From contig CAVYLO010000001.1 of the NCBI GenBank assembly GCA_963769445.1, forward strand, positions 47,545 to 111,544: DNA of 64,000 nucleotides, read 5' to 3'. Below are positions 21,002 through 28,944 of the stretch, piece by piece. A model generated the notes under the pieces. The model did not search any database, was not told where the DNA came from, and saw only the letters and a list, made by a program, of their open reading frames with translations. How positions within the stretch are numbered: position 1 is the first letter of the stretch; each line of letters opens with the position of its first letter. The DNA comes from an uncultured Actinomycetota bacterium. GTDB taxonomy: Bacteria > Actinomycetota > Actinomycetes > Propionibacteriales > Nocardioidaceae. Position numbers and translations under genes: made by a program.

Positions 21002-21811
21002 ATGACCCACCAGCAGCACGGCTTCCTGTACCCCCGCACCCCGTTGGGGAGGGCCGCGCTCATCCCGTCGCCCCCGTGGCAGTACTCCGGCGATCTGCTG
21101 ACCGTGGAGTACCGCACCGATCCCTCCAATGTGGAGGCGCTGCTGCCCGAGCCGCTGTCGCTGGCGGAGGACGATCCGGGTGCTGTCGCGCTGATCTGGG
21201 CGGACTGGCAGTCCTGCAGCTCGTCGCGTGAAGAGCTGCTGGACCCGATCCGAGCGCAGTACAAGGAGGCGTTCGTCGTCGTGCGCTGCTCCTACCAAGG
21301 GCAGACCTTCTCGCGCTGCGTCTACATCTGGGTCGACAAGGACTTTGCCATCGGACGTGGGCTGCACCAGGGCTACCCCAAGAAGCTCGGATCGATGTGG
21401 CAGACCCGGCCGCACCCGTTCGGTCAGGCCGCCCCCCAGATCGCGCCAGGCGGTGTCTTCGGCGCGACCCTCGCCGCTGGCGACCGCCGGCTCGCCGAGG
21501 TCGTCCTCACCTTGACGGGGGAGTCCGACACCAACGGCTTCGTCAACGGGCACCCGATGGCCCACCACCGCATCTACCCCGGGATCGAGTCGGGGGCCCC
21601 GGACGCCTACGTCGAGCTGATCTCCTCGGGAGCGAGCTCGTTCGAAGGCGGTCAGGCCTGGGCCGGAGACGTCGACCTGCGCCTCTACGACTCGCCGACC
21701 GAGGAGCTGGCTCAGCTCGAGGTGGACGAGGTCATTGGCGGGTACTACCGCCAGATCGGGGTCATCTGGGACGGCGGCACCTCGCTGGCGCACCTGACGC
21801 CCTCCTCTTGA
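21002..21811 (+). CDS. Acetoacetate decarboxylase-like superfamily protein, MppR/Sbi00515-like (candidate 2-oxo-3-enoate hydratase-aldolase)
   Basis: PSPPWQYSG, ADWQ, ELLDP..QYKE, YIWVD, QGYPKK (Schiff-base Lys). Confidence 0.85.
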   Translation: MTHQQHGFLYPRTPLGRAALIPSPPWQYSGDLLTVEYRTDPSNVEALLPEPLSLAEDDPGAVALIWADWQSCSSSREELLDPIRAQYKEAFVVVRCSYQGQTFSRCVYIWVDKDFAIGRGLHQGYPKKLGSMWQTRPHPFGQAAPQIAPGGVFGATLAAGDRRLAEVVLTLTGESDTNGFVNGHPMAHHRIYPGIESGAPDAYVELISSGASSFEGGQAWAGDVDLRLYDSPTEELAQLEVDEVIGGYYRQIGVIWDGGTSLAHLTPSS

Positions 21812-21820
21812 CGGGATCCC

Positions 21821-21863
21821 TTGACCCGTCGTGACCCCAGTTATACGTTTGGGTCCGAACGAT
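21821..21863 (+). promoter_or_regulatory. Sigma-70-type promoter (TTGACC-N17-TACGTT) overlapped by operator copy C (TACGTTTGG-GT-CCGAACGAT, 21844-21863)
   Basis: Canonical -35/-10 spacing; the palindrome covers the -10 box and start region of the ring-cleavage operon. Confidence 0.8.
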
Positions 21864-21888
21864 TTGTCCGCCACGCGCGAGGAGTTGC

Positions 21889-23397
21889 ATGAACGTCACC
21901 GAGATCGCCGGCGTCCCGGTCAGCACCGACCACTGGATCGGTGGTCAGCGCGTGTCGTCGGCGGCCACGTTCGATGATGTGTCCCCGATCGACGGCAACG
22001 TCATCGCGCAGGTGGCTCGCGGTGGCGCCGACGAGGCCGGCCAGGCCGTTCGGGCCGCGCAGGCGGCATTCCCTGGATGGTCCGCCACGCCGCCGGCCGA
22101 ACGAGCCCGATTGCTGCACGCCATCGCCGATGGTGTCGAGCAGCGCATCGAGGACCTCGCGATCGTCGAGACCACCGACAACGGTGCGCTGATCCGGTCC
22201 CACCGCCGTGGCGTCATGCCGCGCGTGGCCCACAACTTCCGGTTCTTCGCCGACTTCCTGGTCAACGATCTTGGCCACGAGGACTTCGAGACCCGTGGGC
22301 ACCGCAATCACGTCAGCTGGGATCCCGCCGGCGTCTGCGTCCTGATCTCGCCGTGGAACGCGCCGCTGATGTTGGCGACCTGGAAGGTCGCACCGGCCCT
22401 CGCCGCTGGCAACACCGTCGTGCTCAAGCCGTCAGAGTTCTCGCCCTTGACCGCCTCCCTGCTCGCCGACATCGCCCACGAGGCCGGCCTGCCTGACGGC
22501 GTCCTGAACGTGGTGCAGGGCCTCGGACCCGAGGTCGGAGCACCGCTGGTCGCCGACCCCGGCGTCGCCCGCATCTCGTTCACCGGGTCGGTCCCCACCG
22601 CCACGACGATCGCGACGGCGGCCGCCGCCAACCTGACCCCGGTCTCGTTCGAGCTGGGCGGCAAGTCGCCCTTCGTCGTGTTCGCCGATGCTGATCTCGA
22701 CCTGGCGGTCGAGAACGCGGTCGAGCAGTACGACAACGCCGGCCAGGTGTGCCTGTCCGGCACCCGCCTGCTGGTCGAGGAGTCGATCCGCGACGCCTTC
22801 GTCGAGAAGTTCGTCGAGCGGGCGAGCGCGCTGCGTCAGGGCGACCCGCGCGACGACACCACCGACATCGGTCCGTCCATCCACGCCGCTCATCTGGAGA
22901 AGGTCGACGGCTTCGTGCAGCGCGCGCGCAGCGAGGGCGCCACCGTGCTGCTCGGCGGCGAGCCGAACACCGAGGTCAGCGCCGATCTCGGCGGCCCGTA
23001 CTACCGGCCGACCCTGTTCGGCGACGTCGACCCCACGTCGGAGATCTCCACCCAGGAGGTGTTCGGACCCGTCCTGGTGCTGCACACCTTCGACGGTGAG
23101 GACGACGCGGTGCAGCAGGCCAACGCCTCGGACTTCGGGCTCGCGGCCGTGCTGTTCACCGGTGATCGCGATCGTGCCGAGCGGGTCTCCGCCCAGCTCG
23201 TGGCGGGCACGATCTGGGTCAACTGCTTCTTCGTGCGCGATCTGCGGGCGCCCTTTGGTGGGTCCCGCATGTCGGGCGTCGGTCGCGAGGGCGGCACCTG
23301 GTCGTTCGACTTCTTCTGCGACGTCAAGAACACGGTCACATCGCCGAACGGATGGACCAGCCACACCAACGGGAACGAAGGGATCAATCATGGGTGA
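21889..23397 (+). CDS. Aldehyde dehydrogenase, 5-carboxymethyl-2-hydroxymuconate semialdehyde dehydrogenase (HpaE)-like
   Basis: NFRFFAD, ISPWNAPLMLATWK, FTGS, FELGGKSP, NAGQVCLSGTR, VRDLRAPFGG..SGVGREGG. Confidence 0.88.
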   Translation: MNVTEIAGVPVSTDHWIGGQRVSSAATFDDVSPIDGNVIAQVARGGADEAGQAVRAAQAAFPGWSATPPAERARLLHAIADGVEQRIEDLAIVETTDNGALIRSHRRGVMPRVAHNFRFFADFLVNDLGHEDFETRGHRNHVSWDPAGVCVLISPWNAPLMLATWKVAPALAAGNTVVLKPSEFSPLTASLLADIAHEAGLPDGVLNVVQGLGPEVGAPLVADPGVARISFTGSVPTATTIATAAAANLTPVSFELGGKSPFVVFADADLDLAVENAVEQYDNAGQVCLSGTRLLVEESIRDAFVEKFVERASALRQGDPRDDTTDIGPSIHAAHLEKVDGFVQRARSEGATVLLGGEPNTEVSADLGGPYYRPTLFGDVDPTSEISTQEVFGPVLVLHTFDGEDDAVQQANASDFGLAAVLFTGDRDRAERVSAQLVAGTIWVNCFFVRDLRAPFGGSRMSGVGREGGTWSFDFFCDVKNTVTSPNGWTSHTNGNEGINHG

Positions 23398-24349
23398 GAT
23401 CGTCGGCGCGGGACTGCTGGCCCACGTGCCCACCATCGTGCTGCCCGAGGCGTTGCGCAAGGAGCTCAACGGCGGTGTGGACTCCACGCTCGTCAGCGGG
23501 CTGCACGACCTGCGCCGTGAGGTGTTCGAGACGCTCGACTACGACACCGTCGTGGTGCTCGACTCGCACTGGGCCACCACGGTCGAGTTCGTCGTGACGG
23601 CGCAGGAACGCCGCTCCGGGATCTTCACGTCCGAGGAGCTGCCGCGCGGCATGGCTGGCCGTCCCTACGACTTCGCTGGGGATCCGGAGCTGGCGCACGC
23701 CATCGCGGCCGAGGGCGCTGGGCAGGGAACCTGGATCACCGCGATCGAGGACGACCACCTGCCGATCTTCTACGCCACGACCAATCTCTGGGAGTTCCTC
23801 GGTCAGGGCCTGCCCGACAAGCGGTGGATCTCCATCGGCGTCTGCCAGACCGCTGACACCGAGGACAACCTGCGTCTGGGTCGCGCCCTCGCTCGCGGGA
23901 TCGCCGCCACCGATCGCAAGGTGCTGCTGATCGCCTCGGGCGCGCTGAGCCACACCTTCTGGCCGCTGCGACAGATCCGCGATCACGAGGCCGCCGATCC
24001 CAGCCACATCTTCACGCCCGAGGCCTACGCCGCCGACCTCGAGCGACTCGAGTGGTTCGCTGCCGGCGACCATGCCCGCGTGCTCGACACGATGCCCGAG
24101 TTCTACCGGTTCAAGCCCGAAGCCCGCTTCGGCCACTACCTGATGATGATCGGGGCGCTCGGCGAGCAGGACTGCACCGCACCGGGACGCCAGTTCAGCG
24201 AGTACGAGAACTCCGTCGGCACCGCCCAGGTGCATGTGTGGTTCGACCGTCCCGAGGACGGATTCGCGCCCGCCCGCCAGACCGACACCAGCCAGGACGG
24301 CTTCACCGCCAAGCCGTCGGCACCGATCGAGGGAGAACCCGTCCGATGA
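23390..24349 (+). CDS. Class III (LigB-fold) extradiol dioxygenase, 3,4-dihydroxyphenylacetate 2,3-dioxygenase (HpaD)-like
   Basis: AHVPT, DTVVVLDSHW, GDPELA, ASGALSH metal and catalytic motifs; ATG 23390 overlaps the upstream gene end. Confidence 0.88.
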   Translation: MGEIVGAGLLAHVPTIVLPEALRKELNGGVDSTLVSGLHDLRREVFETLDYDTVVVLDSHWATTVEFVVTAQERRSGIFTSEELPRGMAGRPYDFAGDPELAHAIAAEGAGQGTWITAIEDDHLPIFYATTNLWEFLGQGLPDKRWISIGVCQTADTEDNLRLGRALARGIAATDRKVLLIASGALSHTFWPLRQIRDHEAADPSHIFTPEAYAADLERLEWFAAGDHARVLDTMPEFYRFKPEARFGHYLMMIGALGEQDCTAPGRQFSEYENSVGTAQVHVWFDRPEDGFAPARQTDTSQDGFTAKPSAPIEGEPVR

Positions 24350-25194
24350 CCGAGCACCGCCGCATCCTTCTGGACGGGAACGTCGTCGACGTCGTCCGCC
24401 ACGACGACACCCTGGTGGCCGGCGACGGCCGCAGCGTCGCGATCGACGACGCGATCCACCTCCCGCCCGTCGTGCCCTCCAAGATCGTTGCGGTGCACTT
24501 GAACTACCGCAGCCGCGTCGACGAATTCGGCACCACGTTGCCCAGCTCGCCCACCTACTTCCACAAGCCGACCTCGGCGCTGAACTCCCACCGCGGCGCC
24601 GTCGTGCGTCCCGAGGGATGCAAGTGGCTCAACTACGAGGGCGAGATCGCGATCGTGATCGGGCGGACCGCTCGCAACGTCAGCCCGGCGGAGGCTGGCG
24701 ACTTCATCGCCGGGTACACCGTCGCCAACGACTATGGGCTGCACGACTTCCGCGACACCGACGCCGGCTCCATGCTGCGGGTCAAGGGATCGGACACGTT
24801 GTGCCCGCTCGGCCCCGGGATGGTCGACGACTGGGACTTCCACGACAAGCGCATCCGCACCCTGGTCAACGGCGAGGTGCGCCAGGACAGCACGACCGCC
24901 GAGATGGAGTGGGACATGCACTATCTCGTCGCCGACATCGCGCGCACCATCACGCTGTACCCGGGCGATGTGCTGCTGTCCGGCACGCCGGCGACCTCGC
25001 GCACCGTGTACCCCGGAGATGTCGTCGAGGTCGAGGTCGAGGGCCTCGGTACGCTGACCAACCACATCGTGTCCGGCCCCACCCCGATCCGCACCGACGT
25101 CGGTGCACAACCGACCGAGACCGACGAGGTGCTGTCCACCGCGCAGGGCGGAGACTGGCCCAAGCGTGGTCTCGTGAAGAAGGAGAAGTCATGA
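24346..25194 (+). CDS. Fumarylacetoacetate-hydrolase-family protein (HpaG-like isomerase/decarboxylase)
   Basis: KIVAVHLNY, FHKP, YEGEIA, GYTVAND, KGSDT..PLGP, PGDVLLSGTP; ATGA overlap. Confidence 0.9.
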   Translation: MTEHRRILLDGNVVDVVRHDDTLVAGDGRSVAIDDAIHLPPVVPSKIVAVHLNYRSRVDEFGTTLPSSPTYFHKPTSALNSHRGAVVRPEGCKWLNYEGEIAIVIGRTARNVSPAEAGDFIAGYTVANDYGLHDFRDTDAGSMLRVKGSDTLCPLGPGMVDDWDFHDKRIRTLVNGEVRQDSTTAEMEWDMHYLVADIARTITLYPGDVLLSGTPATSRTVYPGDVVEVEVEGLGTLTNHIVSGPTPIRTDVGAQPTETDEVLSTAQGGDWPKRGLVKKEKS

Positions 25195-25409
25195 AGGTCA
25201 TCGTCGATCTGAACCAGTGCGCCGATCACGGACAGTGCGTGTTCTCCGCGCCCCAGGTGTTCTCCCTGGACGCCGACGGCAAGCTCGCCTTCCGAGCCCA
25301 GACCGATGGGGACACCTACATCTCCGGTGAGCTCGACGAGGCCTGGCGCGATGACGTCGAGGAGGCGGCTGACGTCTGCCCGCTGCAGGCCATCGAGATC
25401 GAGGACTGA
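25191..25409 (+). CDS. Ferredoxin ([3Fe-4S]-type P450 partner)
   Basis: 72 aa; CADHGQC..APQVF..AADVCPLQAI; RBS AAGGAG; ATGA overlap. Confidence 0.92.
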   Translation: MKVIVDLNQCADHGQCVFSAPQVFSLDADGKLAFRAQTDGDTYISGELDEAWRDDVEEAADVCPLQAIEIED

Positions 25410-25414
25410 CCCAC

Positions 25415-26626
25415 ATGACCGGTGAGGCCGGCCGCGTCGTCGTCGTGGGCGCCTCGATGGGGGGACTGCGGGCCGCCGAGGCGGTGGCCAAGACCGGCTA
25501 CACCGGCGAGATCGTGGTGCTCGGTGACGAGGCGCGGATGCCCTACAACCGGCCACCGTTGTCCAAGGATGCCCTGAAGGACGGACACGACGAGGCGCGC
25601 CTGGAGTTCCGGGTGCCGCGGGCCGCCGCTGAGGTGGTCTGGCGGCTCGACACCCGGGTCGCGGCCTCGGACCTGACCGCACGCACCGTCACGACCGCAC
25701 GTGGCGAGGTGATCGGCTGGGACGGGCTCGTCGTCGCCACCGGGCTGAGCCCGCGCCGACTCGACCTGCAGGGTCCCGAGGAGGGGCGGCACGTGATCCG
25801 CACCCTCGAGGACTCCGCGCGGCTGCGCGAGGCGTTGGTCGCGGGGACGCGGCTGGTCATCGTCGGCGCCGGATTCATCGGCTGCGAGGTGGCCGCGACG
25901 GCACGTCGACTCGGTCTGGAGGTGGACGTCGTTGCTCCCGAACAGGTGCCGATGCAACGCCCGCTGCGGCACGAGATCGGAGCGGCGCTGCAACGTCGGC
26001 ACGAGCGCGAAGGCGTGCGATTCCACCTCGAGACGGTTCCTGTCGGCTTCGGCGGCACCGAGCGAGTCACGTCGGTCGAGCTGGCCGACGGCACGGTGCT
26101 TCCGGCGGACGTCGTCGTCGAGGCGGTCGGATGCATTCCGGAGGTCGAATGGCTCGAGGGCAACGGGCTGGACCTGCGCGACGGCCTGCTGACTGACAAC
26201 GCCATGCGCGTCGAGGGTCGAAGCGATGTCGTGGCGTGTGGAGACATCGCCCGTTTCCCCAATCTGCTGCTCGACGAGGTGCCCCGCCGGGTCGAGCACT
26301 GGACGATGGTCACCGACACCGCCCGCAAGGCGGGCAACACGCTGGGACGTTCACTCACCGGCGATGACCCGGACCTGACTCCCTTCGCGCCGATTCCCTC
26401 GTTCTGGAGCGATCAGTACGACCTGCGGATCCAGTCGTTCGGATCGGTCGGGGTCGGCGATCGCGTCGACCTGCTCGAGGGTGTTCTCGATGAGGACTTC
26501 GCCGCCGGCTACTACCGGGACGATGCGCTGGTGGGTGTCGTGATGGTGGGTCTCGGCGGGCGCCACAAGCACTACCGCGACCTGATCGCGGAGGGGCCCG
26601 CGGCGTCCGAGGAGATCGGGGCATGA
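25415..26626 (+). CDS. FAD/NAD(P)H-dependent ferredoxin reductase
   Basis: VVVGASMGG, PYNRPPLSK, VVATG, GAGFIGCE, ACGD, RVEHW, PSFWSDQY. Confidence 0.93.
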   Translation: MTGEAGRVVVVGASMGGLRAAEAVAKTGYTGEIVVLGDEARMPYNRPPLSKDALKDGHDEARLEFRVPRAAAEVVWRLDTRVAASDLTARTVTTARGEVIGWDGLVVATGLSPRRLDLQGPEEGRHVIRTLEDSARLREALVAGTRLVIVGAGFIGCEVAATARRLGLEVDVVAPEQVPMQRPLRHEIGAALQRRHEREGVRFHLETVPVGFGGTERVTSVELADGTVLPADVVVEAVGCIPEVEWLEGNGLDLRDGLLTDNAMRVEGRSDVVACGDIARFPNLLLDEVPRRVEHWTMVTDTARKAGNTLGRSLTGDDPDLTPFAPIPSFWSDQYDLRIQSFGSVGVGDRVDLLEGVLDEDFAAGYYRDDALVGVVMVGLGGRHKHYRDLIAEGPAASEEIGA

Positions 26627-27210
26627 CCGGATTCAGCACGCTGCGGCAGACCGAGGACGCGGTGACGTCGAAGGTGGACGGTCTGGAGGTGGACTTCGCT
26701 GCGATGGCGGCCGTGTCGAACCTGTACCGCGCGGCGTCGTCGATCCGCAATCACCTCGAGCAGTCGGTGCTGCGGTCGCTCGACCTGACCTGGACTGGCT
26801 TCGTGGTGCTGTGGGTCGTGTGGATCTGGGAGGAGATCGAGACCCGGAACGTGGCGGCCGAGGCGGGCATCACCAAGGGAACGCTGACGGGCGTCGCCCG
26901 CACCCTGATCGGACGGGGACTGCTGACCAAGCAGATCCCCGCTCACGACCGCCGCCGCTCGCTGCTGTCGCTGACCCCCGAGGGCGAGCGCCTGATGCGC
27001 CAGCTCTTTCCGGCGTTCAACGGCGAGGAGAAGTTCGTGACCGGGGCGCTCGACCGCAGCGAGGTCGACACGCTCGGCTCGATCCTGCACCGCATGATCG
27101 AGCACCTCGAGGCGCACGGCGGCGAGCGCCAGGCCACCGTCGCACAGGTGGTCGTCGAGGGTCAGTCGTCGCGGGCGGCCAAGCGGTCAGCCGGATCGGT
27201 CCCGAGCTGA
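26623..27210 (+). CDS. MarR-family transcriptional regulator
   Basis: Winged-helix pattern with LIGRGLL..DRRRSLLSLTPEG; ATGA overlap; last gene of the operon. Confidence 0.9.
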   Translation: MTGFSTLRQTEDAVTSKVDGLEVDFAAMAAVSNLYRAASSIRNHLEQSVLRSLDLTWTGFVVLWVVWIWEEIETRNVAAEAGITKGTLTGVARTLIGRGLLTKQIPAHDRRRSLLSLTPEGERLMRQLFPAFNGEEKFVTGALDRSEVDTLGSILHRMIEHLEAHGGERQATVAQVVVEGQSSRAAKRSAGSVPS

Positions 27211-27905
27211 TCTGACGACGCCTTCACCAGCGCGGCGAAGATGGCGGCCTGGGTCGGATCGGTGGCTGCGGTGTCCTCGGGATGCCACTGCAGGCCGAGG
27301 AACCAGCCGGCCGCCCCGGCGATCTCGACCGCTTCGGTGGTGCCGTCCTCGGCGGCTGCCACTGGTTGCATCGCGTCGCCCAGGCGGCCGAGGCTCTGAT
27401 GGTGGAAGCACGACACCTCGACCTCGGGGCCGATGGTGGCGTGCAGCAGGCTGCCGGCCTCGATCCGCACCTGATGCGTGACGTGGCGATGGTTGCCGGT
27501 CGACGCGGACATGTCCTGCAGCAGGTCGCCGCCGCGCGCCACGTTGACGACCTGAAGCCCGCGGCAGATCGCCAGCAGCGGAGTCCCGCTGGCGAGGGCA
27601 TGTCTGGCCACCGCGAGGTCGAACTCATCCTGCTCGACGTCGACGTCGTACAACGTGGGATGGGCGTCCTGCCCGGACCAGCGCGCGTCGAGATCGCCAC
27701 CTCCGGGCAGCACGATGCCGTCGGCGAAGGCGAGCCGTCCGGCGACGTCGACATCGCCGAACGGGTGCACCGCCAGCGGTTCGCCGCCAGCGGCGTGCAC
27801 GGCCGCGACCAGCGTGCGGGGGAGGACCTCGGCGCGATACCGCAAGGCGGACGCGGACTCAGAGAAGCGCGCAGGAATCGCGATCAGCGGGCGTCGTCGG
27901 GACAC
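27162..27905 (-). CDS. Gamma-glutamyl-gamma-aminobutyrate hydrolase (PuuD/peptidase C26)-like
   Basis: RPLIAI, DGIVLPGGGD, PLLAICRGLQVVNVARGGDLLQD, CFHHQ, LQWHPE; GTG 27905 follows GGGAGG (alternative 27911). Confidence 0.9.
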   Translation of the reverse strand: MSRRRPLIAIPARFSESASALRYRAEVLPRTLVAAVHAAGGEPLAVHPFGDVDVAGRLAFADGIVLPGGGDLDARWSGQDAHPTLYDVDVEQDEFDLAVARHALASGTPLLAICRGLQVVNVARGGDLLQDMSASTGNHRHVTHQVRIEAGSLLHATIGPEVEVSCFHHQSLGRLGDAMQPVAAAEDGTTEAVEIAGAAGWFLGLQWHPEDTAATDPTQAAIFAALVKASSDQLGTDPADRLAARDD

Positions 27906-27918
27906 GGGCACCTCCCAG

Positions 27919-27938
27919 GTCGTTTGGTTCCAAACAGT
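27919..27938. promoter_or_regulatory. Operator copy D (GTCGTTTGG-TT-CCAAACAGT)
   Basis: Palindrome 13 bp upstream of the PuuD-like start; overlaps minus-strand -10 TACTGT. Confidence 0.75.
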
Positions 27939-28044
27939 ACCGGATGTGCAGCGGGACCCTGAGGAATGCTCGGGGGCACGTCAGGGTGGGCTTCAGGGGC
28001 GCACCCGATGACGCAGGCGCGGTGCGGCCAGCAGCCTTGGCTAC

Positions 28045-28944
28045 ATGATCACGATCGAGTCACTGACCAAGTCCTACGCTGGCTTCACAGCCGTCGACGA
28101 CGTCACCTTCACCGCTCATCCGGGTCGAATCACCGGATTCCTCGGCCCCAACGGCGCGGGCAAGTCCACGACGATGCGCGTCATGGTGGGGCTCACCGCC
28201 GCCACCTCCGGGCACGCCACCGTGTGCGGCCGGCCCTTCGCCGCCCTCCCCAACCCGGGGATGACCGTCGGCGTCCTCCTCGACGCTTCAGCCCAGCATG
28301 CCGGCCGCACCGGCCGGGAGATCCTCGCGGTGACGCAGCATCTGATGGGACTGCCGAAGTCGCGGGTCGACGAGATGCTGGATCTGGTCAGCCTCACCGA
28401 GCGTGAGTCGCGCCGCCGCGTGCAGCACTACTCCCTGGGCATGCGTCAGCGGCTGGGCATCGCCACCGCCCTGATCGGTGACCCAGAGGTCCTGATCCTC
28501 GACGAGCCGGCCAACGGCCTGGACCCGGCCGGCATCCGCTGGATGCGCGACCTGCTGCGCGGCTATGCCGATCGCGGCGGCACCGTCCTGCTCAGCAGCC
28601 ACCTGCTGCACGAGATCGAGGTCATCGCCGATGACATCGTCGTCATCGGTCAGGGTCGGATCGTCGCCCAGGGCACCAAGGAGTCGTTGCTGGTCAGTGC
28701 GGGGACCTCGGTGCGCAGCGCCGACCCCCACCGCCTGCACGGCGTGCTGCTCGAGGCAGGACACAGCTCGTCGCCCGGTGACGCGGGACTCCTGCGCACC
28801 GACGCAGACCCCGCCACGGTCGGCGTGCTGGCCCTGGCCGCCGGCATCGCCCTGATCTCTCTGGGGTCGGCCGACGGCGCTGGCCTGGAGGACATGTTCC
28901 TCGAGCTCACCGCGCAGACCCAACGAGAAGGAGTCCTGGCATGA
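28045..28944 (+). CDS. ABC transporter ATP-binding protein (exporter type)
   Basis: Walker A GPNGAGKST, signature YSLGMRQR, Walker B LILDEP, SSH loop. Confidence 0.95.
   Translation: MITIESLTKSYAGFTAVDDVTFTAHPGRITGFLGPNGAGKSTTMRVMVGLTAATSGHATVCGRPFAALPNPGMTVGVLLDASAQHAGRTGREILAVTQHLMGLPKSRVDEMLDLVSLTERESRRRVQHYSLGMRQRLGIATALIGDPEVLILDEPANGLDPAGIRWMRDLLRGYADRGGTVLLSSHLLHEIEVIADDIVVIGQGRIVAQGTKESLLVSAGTSVRSADPHRLHGVLLEAGHSSSPGDAGLLRTDADPATVGVLALAAGIALISLGSADGAGLEDMFLELTAQTQREGVLA

Noticed and set aside
22688-25409. Apparent fusion-length ORFs for the dioxygenase (553 aa), FAH protein (380 aa) and ferredoxin (391 aa)
   Set aside because: Upstream open frames overlap the preceding real genes; true starts coincide with stop/start overlaps at 23390, 24346 and 25191
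14722-27938. Reading the cluster as a plain putrescine (puu) locus beside a plain hpa locus, or as a secondary-metabolite cluster
   Set aside because: Neither pathway is complete alone (no PuuB; no HpaBC, HpaF, HpaH or HpaI), both halves share one operator, and there is no scaffold synthase. Not formally excluded, because the missing genes could lie elsewhere in the genome
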